From assembly GCF_009914755.1 (NCBI RefSeq), contig NC_060932.1: DNA of 64,000 nt. One strand, written 5' to 3'. The notes beneath the pieces are model-generated. The model was given only the letters and a program-made list of their open reading frames with translations, searched no databases and was not told the DNA's origin. Positions 38,101 through 54,018 of the stretch are shown here, one piece after another. The stretch is from the human T2T-CHM13v2.0 reference genome, Homo sapiens. The translations under genes were made by a program, and so were the position numbers. How positions within the stretch are numbered: position 1 is the first letter of the stretch; every line of letters starts with the position of its first letter.

Positions 38101-38511
38101 AGCACATCCAGGATAGTCTCCAGGATAGATCATATGTTAGACAGAGATCAGTCTTAACACATTTGAGAAGACTGAAATCACATCAAGCATCTCTACCAAT
38201 CACAATGGTATAAAACTAGAAACCAATAATAGGAGAGATTTCAGAAAATTTACAAATATGTCAACATTATAACAACATTATCCTTAATAACATGATCCTT
38301 AGTAACATAAAAACATAGAAAAGTATGAAACTCACTTGTAAAAGTATGTACACACTCAAATTCAGAATGTGCTAATACTATAATGATGGTGTGTAAATCA
38401 CTTATATCTTTAGTATGATGGTTAAAAGACAAAACTGTTTAAAATAGTAATAGCTACAATAGCTCAAAGAGGAAATTCAAGGGAAATGTTAAAATATCTT
38501 GAGACAAATTA

Positions 38512-38830
<319 letters not shown>

Positions 38831-39014
38831 AAAATGGAAATACAAAGGAATGCAGCAAGAGCAGTTCTAAGAGAAAAGTTTGTATTAATAAATGCCTACA
38901 TCAAAAAGAAAGATCCAAAATAACCAACTAATGTTACACCTCAAAGAACTAGAAAGAGAAAAACAAACTAAGCCCAATGTTAGTAAAAGGAAGGACATAA
39001 TAAAGATTAGAGCA

Positions 39015-39301
39015 GGCCAGCGTAGGGCTCACGCCTATAATCCCAACACTTTGGAATGTTGAGGCACGATTGCTTGAGCCCAGAAGTATGAGACCGGCCT
39101 GGGCAACATAAGGACACCCTGTCTCTACAAAATAAAAATAAATCAGCCAGGCTTGGTAGCATGCACTTACAGTCCCACTACTTGGGAGGCTGAAGTTGAA
39201 GGATCAGTTGAGCCCAGGAGTTCGAGGCTGCAGTGAGCCATGATCATACCATTGCACTCCAGCCTGGGTGACAGTGAGACCCTAGCTCAAAAAAAAAAAA
39301 A
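39015..39301 (+). mobile_element. AluJ SINE
   Basis: Dimer with gagcccaggagttcgaggctgcagtgagc; TSD aagattagagca / aagatcagaaca. Confidence 0.9.
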
Positions 39302-39906
39302 GATCAGAACAGAAATAAATGAAATAGAGAGTAGAAAAGCAATAGAAAAATAAAAAATATAAACATAATTAAGAGTTGGTTTTTTGAAATAATAAAATAA
39401 TAAATTCAGATAGATTAAGAAAAATAGAGGAGACAAATAAAATCAGAAATGAAATAAGAGATATAACTGATGCCACAGAAATACTGAGGATCATAAGAAA
39501 CTACTAAGAAAAATTATACACCAACAAATTGGAAAACCTAGAGAAATGAATGAATTCCTAGAAATAGAAAATCTGAACAGACCAATAACAAGTAAGGAAA
39601 TTGAATCAATAATTTAAAATCTCCCATAGAAGAAAAGCCCAGGACCATCAGGCTTCGCTGTTGAATTCTACCAAACATTTAGAGAACTAATGCTAATTCT
39701 TCTCAAATTCTTCCAAAAAATTGAGGAGGAGGGACTACTTCCAAACTCATTTTTTGAGGCCAGTATTACCCTGATAACACCCAGACAAGGACTGTACAAG
39801 AAAATAAAATCACAGGCCAACATCCCATATGAACATAGATGCAAAAATCCTCAACAAAATACTAAAAAACCAAATTCAGCACTGCATTAAAGAATCATTC
39901 ACCATG

Positions 39907-40106
39907 CAAGCTTGTCCAACTCACCTTATTTTGTTGTTGTTGTTCTTCTGTTTTGTTTCATGTTAGGTTTTTAGCAGCCTGAAACCATGGTTTTCAGTTT
40001 CTGTCTCTAGTGATAAGCAGAAAAGAGAAATGAGAAAGGGGCTTTACCAGCCCTGCCAGAAGCAGAAGCTAAGAACCCATGACAGGGACACCTTTGGACA
40101 TCCCTG
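39907..40106 (-). mobile_element. MER107-like non-autonomous DNA transposon
   Basis: Terminal inverted ends caagcttgtccaa...ttggacatccctg, ~200 bp, interrupting L1 ORF2. Confidence 0.75.
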
Positions 40107-40388
40107 TAGGGGATTTAATCCTGGGGTACAAGGATGCTTCAATGGATGCAAATCAATAAAATGTAACACATCACATTAAAAAAAGGACAAAAATCATGTG
40201 ATCATCTCAATAAATGCAGAAAAGGCATTCAAAAAATTCAACATTCTTTCATGATAAAAACGCTCAAGAAATTATGTATAGAAAAAATGTACCTCAATCC
40301 AATAAAAGCCATATGAGACAAACTCATAGCTAACATTATACTCAATGGTGAAAGACTGAAAGCTTTTCCTCTAAGATTAAGACAAGGG

Positions 40389-40529
40389 AGCTGGGCATGG
40401 TGGCATGTGCCAGTAATCCCAGCTACTCAGGATGCTGAAGCAGGAGGATTGCTTGAGCCCAGGAGTACAAGACCAGCCTGGGCAACATAGTGACATCCTG
40501 ACTCTGAAAAGAAAAAAAAAAAAAAAAAG
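40389..40529 (+). mobile_element. Free Alu monomer (FLAM_A-like)
   Basis: Single arm gctgggcatggtggcatgtgcc...cagctactc...gaccagcctgggcaacatag plus poly(A). Confidence 0.8.
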
Positions 40530-43500
40530 AGCAAAACAAGGATGCCCATTCTCAACACTTGTATTCACATAGAACTGGAAGTTCCTAACCAGAGCAATTA
40601 GGCAGGAGAAAGAAATAAATGTCATCCAGATCAAAAAGGAAGAAGTTAAATTGTCTCTGCAGATAACATGATCTTATACACAGAAAAACCCTAAAAATCT
40701 CACCAAAAATTTGTTAAGACTAATAAATGAATTGAGTAAAGTTGCAGGATATAAAATCCACATAAAAAAATCAGTAGCATTTCTATACATCAATAATGAG
40801 CTAGCTGAAAAGGAAATCAAAACAATTGCATTTATGACAGCTACCAAAAAAAAATACTTCAGAATAAATTTAACCAAGGAAGTAAAAAACCTGTACACTG
40901 AAAACTATAAAACATCGATGAAAGAAATTAAAGACACAAATTAATGAAAATATTGTTTTGTTCATCCATCAGAAGAATCAATATTGTTATAATGTCCATA
41001 CTCCCCAAAACTACAGATTCAATGCAATCTCTATCAAAATTCCGATGACATTTTTCACAGAAATAGAAAAGATAGTCCTTAAATTCATATGGAACTACAA
41101 ATGACCTTAAATAACCAAAGCAATCTTGAGCAAAAAGAACAAAGCTGAGGGCATTATACTACCTGATTTCAAAATATACTACAAAGCTATAGTAATCAAT
41201 ACAGTATGGTACTGGCATAAAAAACAGACACATAGACCAATGGAATAGAATAAAGACCCAAAAATAAATCCATGCATTTATCGTCAACTGATTTTTGATC
41301 AACATGCCAAGAATATACAATGAGTAAAGAACAGTCTTTTCAATAAATGGTGCTATGAAAACTGGATATCCACATGCAGAAGAATGAAATTGGACCCATA
41401 TCTCACCTCATATACAAAAAGTAACTCAAAATAGATTACAGACAGAAACACAAGACCTGAAACTATAAAACTACTGGAAGAAAATGTGGGAAAAGCCTTC
41501 TTGACATTGTATGGGCAAAGATTTTTTGGCTATGACCCCAAAAGCACAGGCAACAAAAGCAAAAATTAACAAATAGATTACACCAAACTAAAAAGCTTCT
41601 AAACAGCAAAGGAAAACAATCAACAGAGTGAAGAGGCAACCGAGGAATGGGAAAATAAATTTGCAAACCATACAACTATATGAGCTAGCTGAAATATGAG
41701 CCAACTGAAAAAGAAATTAAGGGGTTAATATCCAAAAAATATAAAGAACTCATATACTCAATAGCAAAAAACAATCTGATTAAAAATGGGCAAAAGATCT
41801 GAAGAGACTTTTCTCAAAAGAAGACACACAAATGGCAAATAGGTATATGAAAAAAATGCTCAACATCATCCTTAGGGAAATGCAAATTAAAACCACAAGG
41901 TATCACCTTACACCTACTAGAAAAGCTATTATCAAAAAGATGTAAGGTATAAGTGTTAGCAAGGATGTGGAGAAAAGGAAATCCTTGTACACTGTTGGTG
42001 GGAATGTAAATTAGTACAACCATTATGAAAAACAGTATGGAGTTTCCTCAAAATATTAAAAATGGAACACCATATGATCCAGCAATATCACTACTGGGTA
42101 TAGATCCCACGGATATGAAATTGGTATGTTGAAGAGATATCCACACGCTTATGTTCATTACAGCATTATTCACAATAGCTAAGATATGGAATCAACCCAT
42201 GTGTCCAACAACAGATGAATGGATAGAGAAAATGTGGTACATATACACAATAGAATATTATTCAGCCTTAAAAAAGAAGGAAATCCTGTCATTTGAGACA
42301 ACATGGATAAATCTATAAGACATTATGTTAAATGAAATAAGCCAGGCACAGAAAGACAAATACCACATGAGGTCGCTTATATGTGGAATGTAAGAAAGTT
42401 AAATTCATAGAAGCAGAGTAAAATAGTGGTTACTCTAGGCTGGGGCTGGGAGGGAGATAGGGAGATGTGGGCCAAAGGATACAAAATTTCAGCTGGATGG
42501 AAGGAATAAGCTCAAGAGAGCTACTGTACATTATAGTGACTACAGTTAATAACAATACATTGTATACTTGAAAACTGCTCAGATCAGATTTTTAAATGTC
42601 CTCACCACACACACCAAAATGATACGTGAGGTAATGCATAGGTTAAAAAGCTTGATTCAGCCATTCTAAAATGTATACATACATCAAAACATCACACTAT
42701 ACACCATAAATACACACAATGTTTATTTGTCAATTTAAAAAAAATTTTTTAACAGTTTTCCTAAACAATGCCTTTCCTTTTTTTTTTTTTTTTAAGCTTG
42801 GGCCATCCTAAAGGCAGCCAAAGAGTAGTTGGAAATAACTGAACTGACACTATGAAGTATCCCACAGATCCCTAAATAGTTCAACATCAATGCCAAAAAC
42901 AAAAAAAAGCATAAATATTAGACACCAACTCCTATTCTCAGAGACACAGCCCCGCCTAAGAGAGACATGTCCAGAAATCACAGCAGTAGTGGAGCCTGTG
43001 TGTGGAGGTAGGAAGTGAGAAGAAGGAAATTTGGCTACTATAGTTCAGCCCTGTTATTCATAACACGCTTGAGTCTAGTTTTAGCCAATTCCTGTCAAAC
43101 TGGCCTGGCCTGTCATTGCAAATTTAGTATCAAGCTACTGATGGAGTTTAATGACTTGGTAAGAAATATAGATCCATCTATTTCATGGCAGCTGAGCCGC
43201 AGTTCTATTGCTTTAAGGAAACATTTGGTATTGACTTAACATGATGCTTATTAAATCTAAATCAAATGTGAATTAATCAACTTGAAAGTATTGTCTAATT
43301 TTCTTATTGGTATTAATGCTGATATCCCATAACAAATGCTTTGGAGTGAAAACACTTAACCTACATATATCGCCCCAAGTTTCCTGTATTGTTTTAATTT
43401 AACTGTATTCAGTTTTAATTTGTGTGACAAGTTTCACCTCACAAGGTGCTTCCTCCTGTTTAACTATTTCTAAGTGCACATGGAGGTCTATTTACATATT

Positions 43501-43987
43501 AATTTCTGCTAGAATTACAGACATATCCACCTTCACTTCTCCTCCCCAAAGGATCGAAAAGGCCTCTTGAGTGGCCATAAATGTCTCATTATAAACACTT
43601 AATTTAACACTGCGTCACAGTTAGAGTCAATCTGGCCTGCGCTCTCATGCCAAAAAGCAAAACCTTTCAAGCTGTGCATTTTTGCTATTAACTTTCCACT
43701 GTGACTTTAGAATCTCAATCAATTCTTTAAGAAATGCAAATGCTCTTTTTTCTTTGGCTTAGCAGTAGCCACTGGGAAATACATTTGTATAATTCCTTCC
43801 TGGCCATGCATGGGCTGTAACAATAATCAAAGCTACCAGGCCAGAGAAGATATTCCAGAACATACTCAACTTTTTCCAACTTACTGTCAGAGGCCATTGA
43901 AATTTCAGCCTTCTACTTGGCCCAGCCAGGAAGATAGTGAAAGTGCCTTTAACCAAATCCAAATGCAGGCTGTCTACAGGATTAATC

Positions 43988-44274
<287 letters not shown>

Positions 44275-46336
44275 AGGGTTAATCTTAATCTGTTTCTCCA
44301 ATTATATTTCCACTAATGCTACTGAACCCTTGACCTCCAATCCACCCTCTGCTTTCCTGCTAGGGTGCTTTAGGGCCCTTCATGTGCTGACCCAGACAGC
44401 CCCTCCAGGCTCCTCATCTTCACTCCCCCCACATACCTATGCTCATAACCCCAGTAACACACCTGTGCTCTACTCACGGTATCACAAGCAGTTCCCAAAC
44501 TCACCATGGTGTTGTTGCCTCCCCACCTTTTACACATGTTCCTTCTGCCAGCAATATCCTTGTGCCCCTGTCCATCTCCCACCCAGCCTTCCAAACTCAG
44601 TTCAAAAGCCCTTTCCTCTGTGAATTCTTCACTGATCGCACTCTCCAGCCCTACCAAAGTCGAGCATTTTCTCCTCCGATTCCTGTAGCACTGTGGGACC
44701 TTCTCTATCCTAACATGTATCATATCATATTTGATTATGTATTTACATGGCTGTCTCCCACAAGGCTGTGAGCCCATTAAAAGTGGGATTGGCTTTTATC
44801 CTTGTATCCCCAGCTGCTTGTACCATGCCTGGCATCTGGCAAATAATCAAGAAATCTTTATGGAATAAACAGAAAAAGGTGATATAAATGTAAAAGGAAA
44901 AAATTTCTCAGCACTCCTGTGCATGTAGAGGAGGCAGGTGAATTCCACATTTATGGCGATGGATAACCTGTGCTTAGAGTGGACCTAAATCCCTGACCAA
45001 GAAAAGAAGTTTGGAAATGACACCATTATTTGCAGATCCCCTCTCACCAGTTGTTATGTCTGTGCCTCATGGGACATGGGCAAGGATCATGGAAGAATTT
45101 ACATATATATATGTAAATTAGCTGTGTGGTTTCCTGGTGGCTGGATCTCAGGATAAGGGGATTGAAAGCTAAAAACACTAAAACAAATATGGAAAATAAC
45201 AGAACCAAAAAAATGACCGAATGGGAAAAAAATGCCCTTGACCTTACCACAGTTCCTGATTCTCTGTGGTTATGGGATTGGCAGAGCTTGGATAAACTAA
45301 ATCAGTGGAAAATCCCCATATCTTATTTCCATTTCCAGCCTCCTACCAAGAAGGCTTTTTCCTAGCTAATAGCACTGACCTTCCCTGTCAACCTTCATGT
45401 AAAGATGCTAACGAGCAATAATAATGTGAAAGAGGATGCAACAAAAGGGAGAAAGAGAATCAAAAGAAACAGAGCTTTCCATAGCTGGGCCATTCATTTC
45501 CTCCCATGAAAATGCCTCAATGTCTGATTTCCGCTCCTAAGCCGCCGGGACCATGATGCTGGTCCAGACCAGTCGTTTCAAAGTGGATTTTCTCAAGTCT
45601 GTGAGGTGATTCCCAGTAGCACTGGGGGTGACAAAGGCTCTCCACCCCTCACCTTCAACCAGAAAGTGTCAGCTTTTTTTTCCGTTTCAAAGTTGGGCTT
45701 ATATGGAAGTTTCTGTGTGAAAGCAGAGTTCTATAGCTAAAACAAACAAAAACAAAAACACCAGTCCAGAAAATGAGGCCGTTTGCTCTGATAAGATTCC
45801 ATCTGGGTTTTATATAGTTAAAAGGGCCTCAGACTGCAGTCCAGCAGGCTGGGAGGTAACCTGTAGCTCCCCGTCTGCATAGTATAAGAGAAGGAACCCC
45901 AAAATTAGACAAGAGACCAGGACCTGAACCCTAGGTGTGATTCACTCACTAGATGTGAACATTTCCCCTGCAAGAGTTCCAGGCTCCATGAGGGCAGCAA
46001 GCCTGTTTTGGACCTCATGGGACCCTCAGGGCCTAGTGCAACCTCCACCTCCCGAGTGCAGTACTACTCCACCACGTAGTGCAGTACGTGGGAGATGTTA
46101 GCTACTCGACAGCTAGTTGTGGAGCTATTGAGAACTAGCTCAAATGACAAGTTTTCCTATGCTTGTTTCTGAAATTCTAGATTCTCAACTTGCTATAGTA
46201 GCCTTTCTAAGCTTTAGTGTCTTCACTGAGAAAACAGCCACAATAATAATACTTACACCAGAGAGTTGTTTTAACGATTAAGATAACTCATGTAAAATGT
46301 ATAAGCCCAATGCCTAACATAAAATTGTTTATTATT

Positions 46337-46898
46337 GTTGACAAAAAGAATAAAACTCTGTAAAATATTTGAAGAGATTTATTCTGAGCCAAATATGAGC
46401 GACCAATGGCCCATGACATAACCCTAAGGAGATCCTGAGAACATGTGGCCAGGGCGGTCGGCATACAGCTTAGTTTTATACATTTTAGGGAGACATGAGA
46501 CATCAATCAAATACATGTAAGAGGTACATTTGTTTGGTCTGGAAAGGCAAGACAATGCAAGCTTCCAGGTCATAGGTAGATTCAAAGATTTTCTGTTACG
46601 TTGAGTTACGTTATTGCCTAAAGACTTAGGAATGACTGGGTTAAGATAACGTGTTGTGGAGACCAAGGTTTTGGAGCAGGCTTTGGAGAAAATAGATTGT
46701 AAATCTTTCGCACGAGACTCTTAAATAGTCTGTTCTATCAGTAATTCTAAAAGGGAAGAGGTTATAATGAGATATGTCTGATCCCCTCTTCCCATCATGG
46801 CCTGAATTAGTTTTTCAGGTTAGTTTTGAAATGCCCTTGTCAAGAAGAGGTGTCCATTCAGATAATCTAGGGACTTAGAATTTTATTTTTGGCTTACA
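46337..46898 (-). mobile_element. MER4A/MER4A1-like solo LTR
   Basis: tgttgacaaaaagaataaaactctgtaaaatatttgaagagattt...ttttatttttggcttaca. Confidence 0.85.
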
Positions 46899-47061
46899 TT
46901 CTTTTTACAATGAATATTACTATTAGTACCCCCTAAGCAGGATTGAAGTTCCTCCTTAAAGCACTTTCTTTTTAACCTCTTAAAAGCAAGCCAGTTGGAG
47001 GCTGGAGGCTGGGAATACTAAGCAAATTCCTTAACTTCTCTGAGTCTATAGTTCCTTACCT

Positions 47062-48786
<1,725 letters not shown>

Positions 48787-48838
48787 GGTAATAATGCCTT
48801 CCTTTCAAGGTTGTTGTGGGAATAAACAAGTTAGCATG

Positions 48839-49396
48839 GTGCAATGGTTAATTTTATGTGCAACCTGACTGGAGTAGGGGACACCGAGATAGTTGGAGAA
48901 ACTATTTCTTGGTGTGTCTATGAGGTGTTTCAGAAGAGATTAGCATTTGAATCAGTGGACTCAGTAAACACGATCCCTCACCACAGTGAGTGGGCATCAT
49001 CCAAACTGTTGAAGGCCTGAATAGAACAAAAAGGCAGAGGAAGGACACATTCTTTCTCTGCTTGAGCTGGGACATCCATCTTCTTCTGCCCTTAAGAAGC
49101 TCCTGCTTTTTAAGCCTTCAGACTCCAGGACTATACCAGCACCCTATCCTTACCCTCACCCCTCATTCTCAGGCCTTCAGACTCAAACTCAATTATACCA
49201 CTGGCTTTCCTGGTTCTTCAACTTGCAGACAGCATATGGTGGGAATTCTCAGCTTCTATAATCACATGAGTCAATTCCCATAATAGATCTCCTCATCTAT
49301 ATCTAGATCTGTATCCATATTCATATCTTTATCTATATCTATATATCTATGTATATCCTGTTGGTTCTGTTTCTCTGGGGAACTCTGAAAAATACA
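48839..49396 (+). mobile_element. MLT2-family solo LTR
   Basis: atggttaattttatgtg...tcctgttggttctgtttctctggggaactctgaaaaataca. Confidence 0.85.
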
Positions 49397-49514
49397 CAGA
49401 TATTCATATAGTTGGATTTCAAGAATGATTAGCCAATTGTCAATCAATAAACTTATCTCAATGGTGACAATGCTGAAGGCTGCACTCTTGAAGTCTAGTC
49501 TGAGTCAACATACA

Positions 49515-49680
49515 TCATTCCATTCTCACCAGCTAAGCATGATTGGTCTTATTTTATGATGAAGAAGCTAAGGCTCAGAAAGGTTAAGAAACTTGCTTGA
49601 CATCAGCAACTACTAAGCAGAGTGGCGGGATCAACACTGAACTGCACCTCACCCCAGGCACACACAACCTCTTCCCTACT
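49515..49680 (-). mobile_element. MIR SINE relic
   Basis: attttatgatgaagaagctaaggctcagaaaggttaagaaacttgc. Confidence 0.7.
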
Positions 49681-50982
49681 TCAGTCCTAGCACTCCTGGA
49701 AGCCTGGCCCCACCTACACCTGCCCAGCCCCATCTGTACTGTCCCCAGGAGGGATGTGTGTGTGAACAAGAACCTTGCCCAGCATCCTGAGGTTGGGACC
49801 CAGAGCACCTGTGCCCTCCATGAATCCCTCAGCGGTGAAGACTGACACGAATGCCACAGCAGGCAGGGGGAGGAACGCCCCTTAGGTTGCCTGTGAGAGA
49901 GGCGTATGTGTCATCCACCCATAAGCAAGCATGAAGATCATACCATCTGCATTTTAAATTGGCCTCATTTCTACACTCTTTTGTTTCCACTTTTACTTTT
50001 CCTCTTTCTTTCTCAACTTTTTCCAATCCATATTTTATGCATGTTTGTTAGATACTTTAAATCATATTAGGAATAAGTTAGGAGTGACATGAACAAGCTG
50101 GCAAACAAGCTCTGCAGAAGGTCCACTTGAATGCCCCAGGAAAACCAAAACAGACCAGGGTAGAAGCTGCCCTCCCTTCTGACAGACCCCAGTGCAGCCC
50201 TGCTAGTGCCAGGTGAGTCACCCAGGAGAGCCCCACATCCCACCTGCCTCACAGAGCCTGGAGAAACTGAACGAGCTGCCAGCTGTCCTGGATGTGGAGC
50301 CTCCAGGCAAACAGAAGACAAGGGAACCGAGGCTTGGCCACCTAACCTTGTAAAATAGAACAATTCAGGTAGTAGACGGAATCCAGGAGGAAGGGCTGGG
50401 AGGAGCTAGGAAGAAGGTCCTGGGGGCTTGTTCACTAAGCCCTCCCCTGCCTGACAGCCACCGGCACCCTCCAGATGGCAGAGGGGTGGGAACACAGGAC
50501 GCCTGTACCTAGTGCCCTGTCCCAGGGAACAGGACTTAGGCATTATTTTCAGAATGAGGCGGAGGAAGCGTCTACCTCAAATCTTGCTAACTGTTCAAGG
50601 GCCAGTGTCATCAGTGCATGGCCAAATTTGAAATTTTGTCTGAAACCAACCTAAGCTTCAGGTTTGGGTGGGTGCTGGTGATATTTTAATTGCACAAGGT
50701 GGGAGGGGGTGTATTTTTAACATGTAAATTAAATCGTATATCTCCCTTGCCTAAAAGTCTCCAACAGCTTGCTATGCCACTTAAAACAAAACCCCAAGAC
50801 CCACAGCTTGGTCTTGCCATGCCTGCCTCTGGGAGCCACCCTGTCAGCCTCACCCCTTTCTCACTGCACTCAAGTGAGCACCCTGCTTGTCTCTCATCCT
50901 GGGACATCCCCCACCACCCTGATCTTTTCCAGGATGGCTGCCAGGACTCAGCTGAGCCAGAACCTCCTCCATGGGGTCAACC

Positions 50983-51537
50983 TGAAGGAGTTCAGGACAC
51001 ACCACTCCAAAATATGCTGCTTTAGTATACTGGTTACTTTAAGCTGAAGACATTTGAAAACCAACAAATGCTGGGAGAGGCTTTCTCTGAACTCCTCTAA
51101 TCTGCCTAAAGACATATCCTCCTAAAGGAATTCCATTGTCTTCAATCCCCTCCCCAGGAGTTTTCATCAACCAGAGAAACTGGACCCTTACCACCGGACA
51201 GGATGTTAGAAGTCCACACCACGCCCACACAAAACTGGCCCAAACTGTCATTTCTCCCTACTCTTCCAAGGTCTCATCTGTCTTTCCTAAAAACTGTTTA
51301 ATCTGCCCTAAGTGGCCTACTTCCCCTTCCCCTTCCCCTAGGGAAACAAGCTCTCACATCTTACTGCTTTTTGGGATATTCAGTTTTTATCCTGGGATGC
51401 TCCTGTGCACGTAATAGTTAAAATTAATAAATTTGTTGATTTTTTTTCTCCTGTTAATCTGCCTGTTGTTCGTTTATTTCATAGGCCCAGCTACAGAACC
51501 CAGGAGAGGAGAGGGGAAGTCTTTGTTTCCCCTAACA
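50983..51537 (+). mobile_element. MER39/MER34-group solo LTR
   Basis: tgaaggagttcaggacacaccactccaaaatatgc...ttaataaatttgt...ttcccctaaca. Confidence 0.8.
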
Positions 51538-51929
51538 CCCTCCCCCAGCCCCCGGAGTCACTGTCCTGTCATCTCCAGGGTTATTTTTTCATGGCAGTGT
51601 CAGCATCCGAAACTACTCTGTCTTCACTGGGCTCTTCCCTCCAGAATATGAGCTCTGTGAGAGCGGGGCCTTGCCCCTTCGCCTCTTCAAGCTGTCACAG
51701 TGTCCAGCCCAGAGTCCACTTGCACTTCGTAGGTCCTGCTCATGCCACCCTCTCCCCTTGGGGAAGCCTCATCCAGCAGAGGAACTCGCCCAGCACCATA
51801 CTGCACACACGGGGCACTTGAACTGAGCAACCTGGCCCCACAGCAGGCACTTGGTCTCCATAAAGTGCTGCCTCCGCAAATATTTGTCTCAGAAAGGCAA
51901 AAAAAGCAAGAAATCCAGAAGTGTCAGGG

Positions 51930-52253
<324 letters not shown>

Positions 52254-52589
52254 GTCTCCTCCCATGTCTACAGCTGTCCACATTTCTAGCCACACAGACT
52301 CTATCCCCCACCTGCAGGGCTCCCGGCCTTCCCTGATTCAGCTGAGGAGCCTTGGCAAGGTGCCCACAGAGGATGCTGGGTCTCTGGGAGCTTGGACCAT
52401 GTTCTTCCTGCTCATCTGCACGTCAACCAGGGTGCATCGAGCACGTGGCACAGCATCTGGCCTGCAGCCACCCCTCAGTAAAATTCTTGTTGAATGAATG
52501 AATAAGAGTGAGCCTGGAGGAAGATGGGTAAGCATGATCGAATGCCTCTGATCCCTGATAGGACAGTACATCATGGCACCACTCAGGAC

Positions 52590-52720
52590 CACTTCAGCAG
52601 TCCCCAAACTTAAACATGCCCTCAAGTCTCCCCAGGGAGCTTCTTAAAAATGCAGATTCCTGGACCTCACCCTGCAGATTGTGGAGCTGAGACACAGCCA
52701 GGTTTGGGAATCATGGCATC
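52590..52720. mobile_element. MER5A-like relic
   Basis: gggagcttcttaaaaatgcagattcctggacctcaccc. Confidence 0.6.
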
Positions 52721-52746
52721 CAATATTAGGAGCTGAGAGATGATTG

Positions 52747-52935
52747 GACACTGTATGCTTGGCCCAGTGCAGGCAGGAGGATCACTCGTGTCCAGGAGTT
52801 TGAGAACAGCCTGGGCAATATAGTGAGACCTCATAAGAGGAAGGAGAGAAAGAAAAGAAAGAAAGAAAGAAAGAGAGAGAGACAGAAAAAAAGAAGAAGG
52901 AGGAGGAGAAAGAGAAAGAGAGAGAGAGAGAGAAA
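52747..52935 (+). repeat. Partial Alu/FLAM arm followed by a GA-rich tract
   Basis: gcaggaggatcactcgtgtccaggagtttgagaacagcctgggcaa, then (GAAA)n/(GA)n. Confidence 0.75.
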
Positions 52936-54018
52936 ATTATATACTTATTCTCCCCCTTAGTTGGTCAATGGCTCTGAATTTCTGGATCGTGATGAGGCTG
53001 TGCCACTTTCTGTGCGGTACAGAGCCGGTGCCCTCTTGGGCACTTGGTAAATTGTGAATGTATATTAATAGTCATAAAGCTTTTCCCTTTATCCTTCCAA
53101 GCTTCTGCTAAGGGGGAATCCAGTTCTTCCCTCTCACTGTGAATGGTGGGCTTACAGGTCTTGAAAAGAGCATAAAGGAATTAGCCTGGTGATGACAGGA
53201 AAGTGAGTGCATCCTTCCTGAATGCAGCCAGCAGCTGCTGGGAGAGACTCCAGGAGACCAGCTCAGGCTCAGAGGAAAGAGAGTGTGTTCTTCAATCAAA
53301 CCATATTAAGTGCCACAAGAGTCACTTTAAAAGGAGGTGACAGAAAAACACAAAGGGAAAACTGGTCCTAAGGTAATGTGGGCCTGAAATCGAGTCTTAA
53401 AAAAGAGACAGTTTGGGAAAAGGGGAGGTATGAATGGAGAGAAATCAAATACTGAGCATGACCTCCCAGCAGAGAGTTGAAAACAATACAGCAGGCTTTC
53501 CAGCAGGGAAGAGTTTATTAATAACACTGATAATATAATGAAATGTACAGTTGTGAGGCGCTTCTCCTTCAGAGAGGTCAAAGCATTTTCCTGTGTGGCC
53601 AAATCCCTCTGCAATCTGATTCAGTGGTTTCTGTGGCTGGGACGGAAGGGAGGAAACTGAGGCATGGGGAGACGGGTGAAATTAAGCCTCCTGCACCATT
53701 CACAGCAGATCAGACCCATGTGAGATCAGACCTCCTTGAGCCCAGGCTGGGTCGCGTGCTAGCCTGTGCAGAACATTGGTGCCTCCCTCCCTGAGCTCCT
53801 CCCCTTGCAGCAGTCTCTGCTAGGCTGCCAAGGGGGCAAGTGGGCTGTGTTGATGTTCCTTTGTACTCGCATTGCTCTTAGGATAAAACCCACACTCCTT
53901 AGTATGGCATCAGGCCGAGGTCTTCATGATTAAGCAATACCCTCCTCTCCAGCCTTTGTTACAGCAGCAACTAGGAAACTAATACCTGACTCAGGGGTCA
54001 TCCAGGGGTAGAGAAAGA

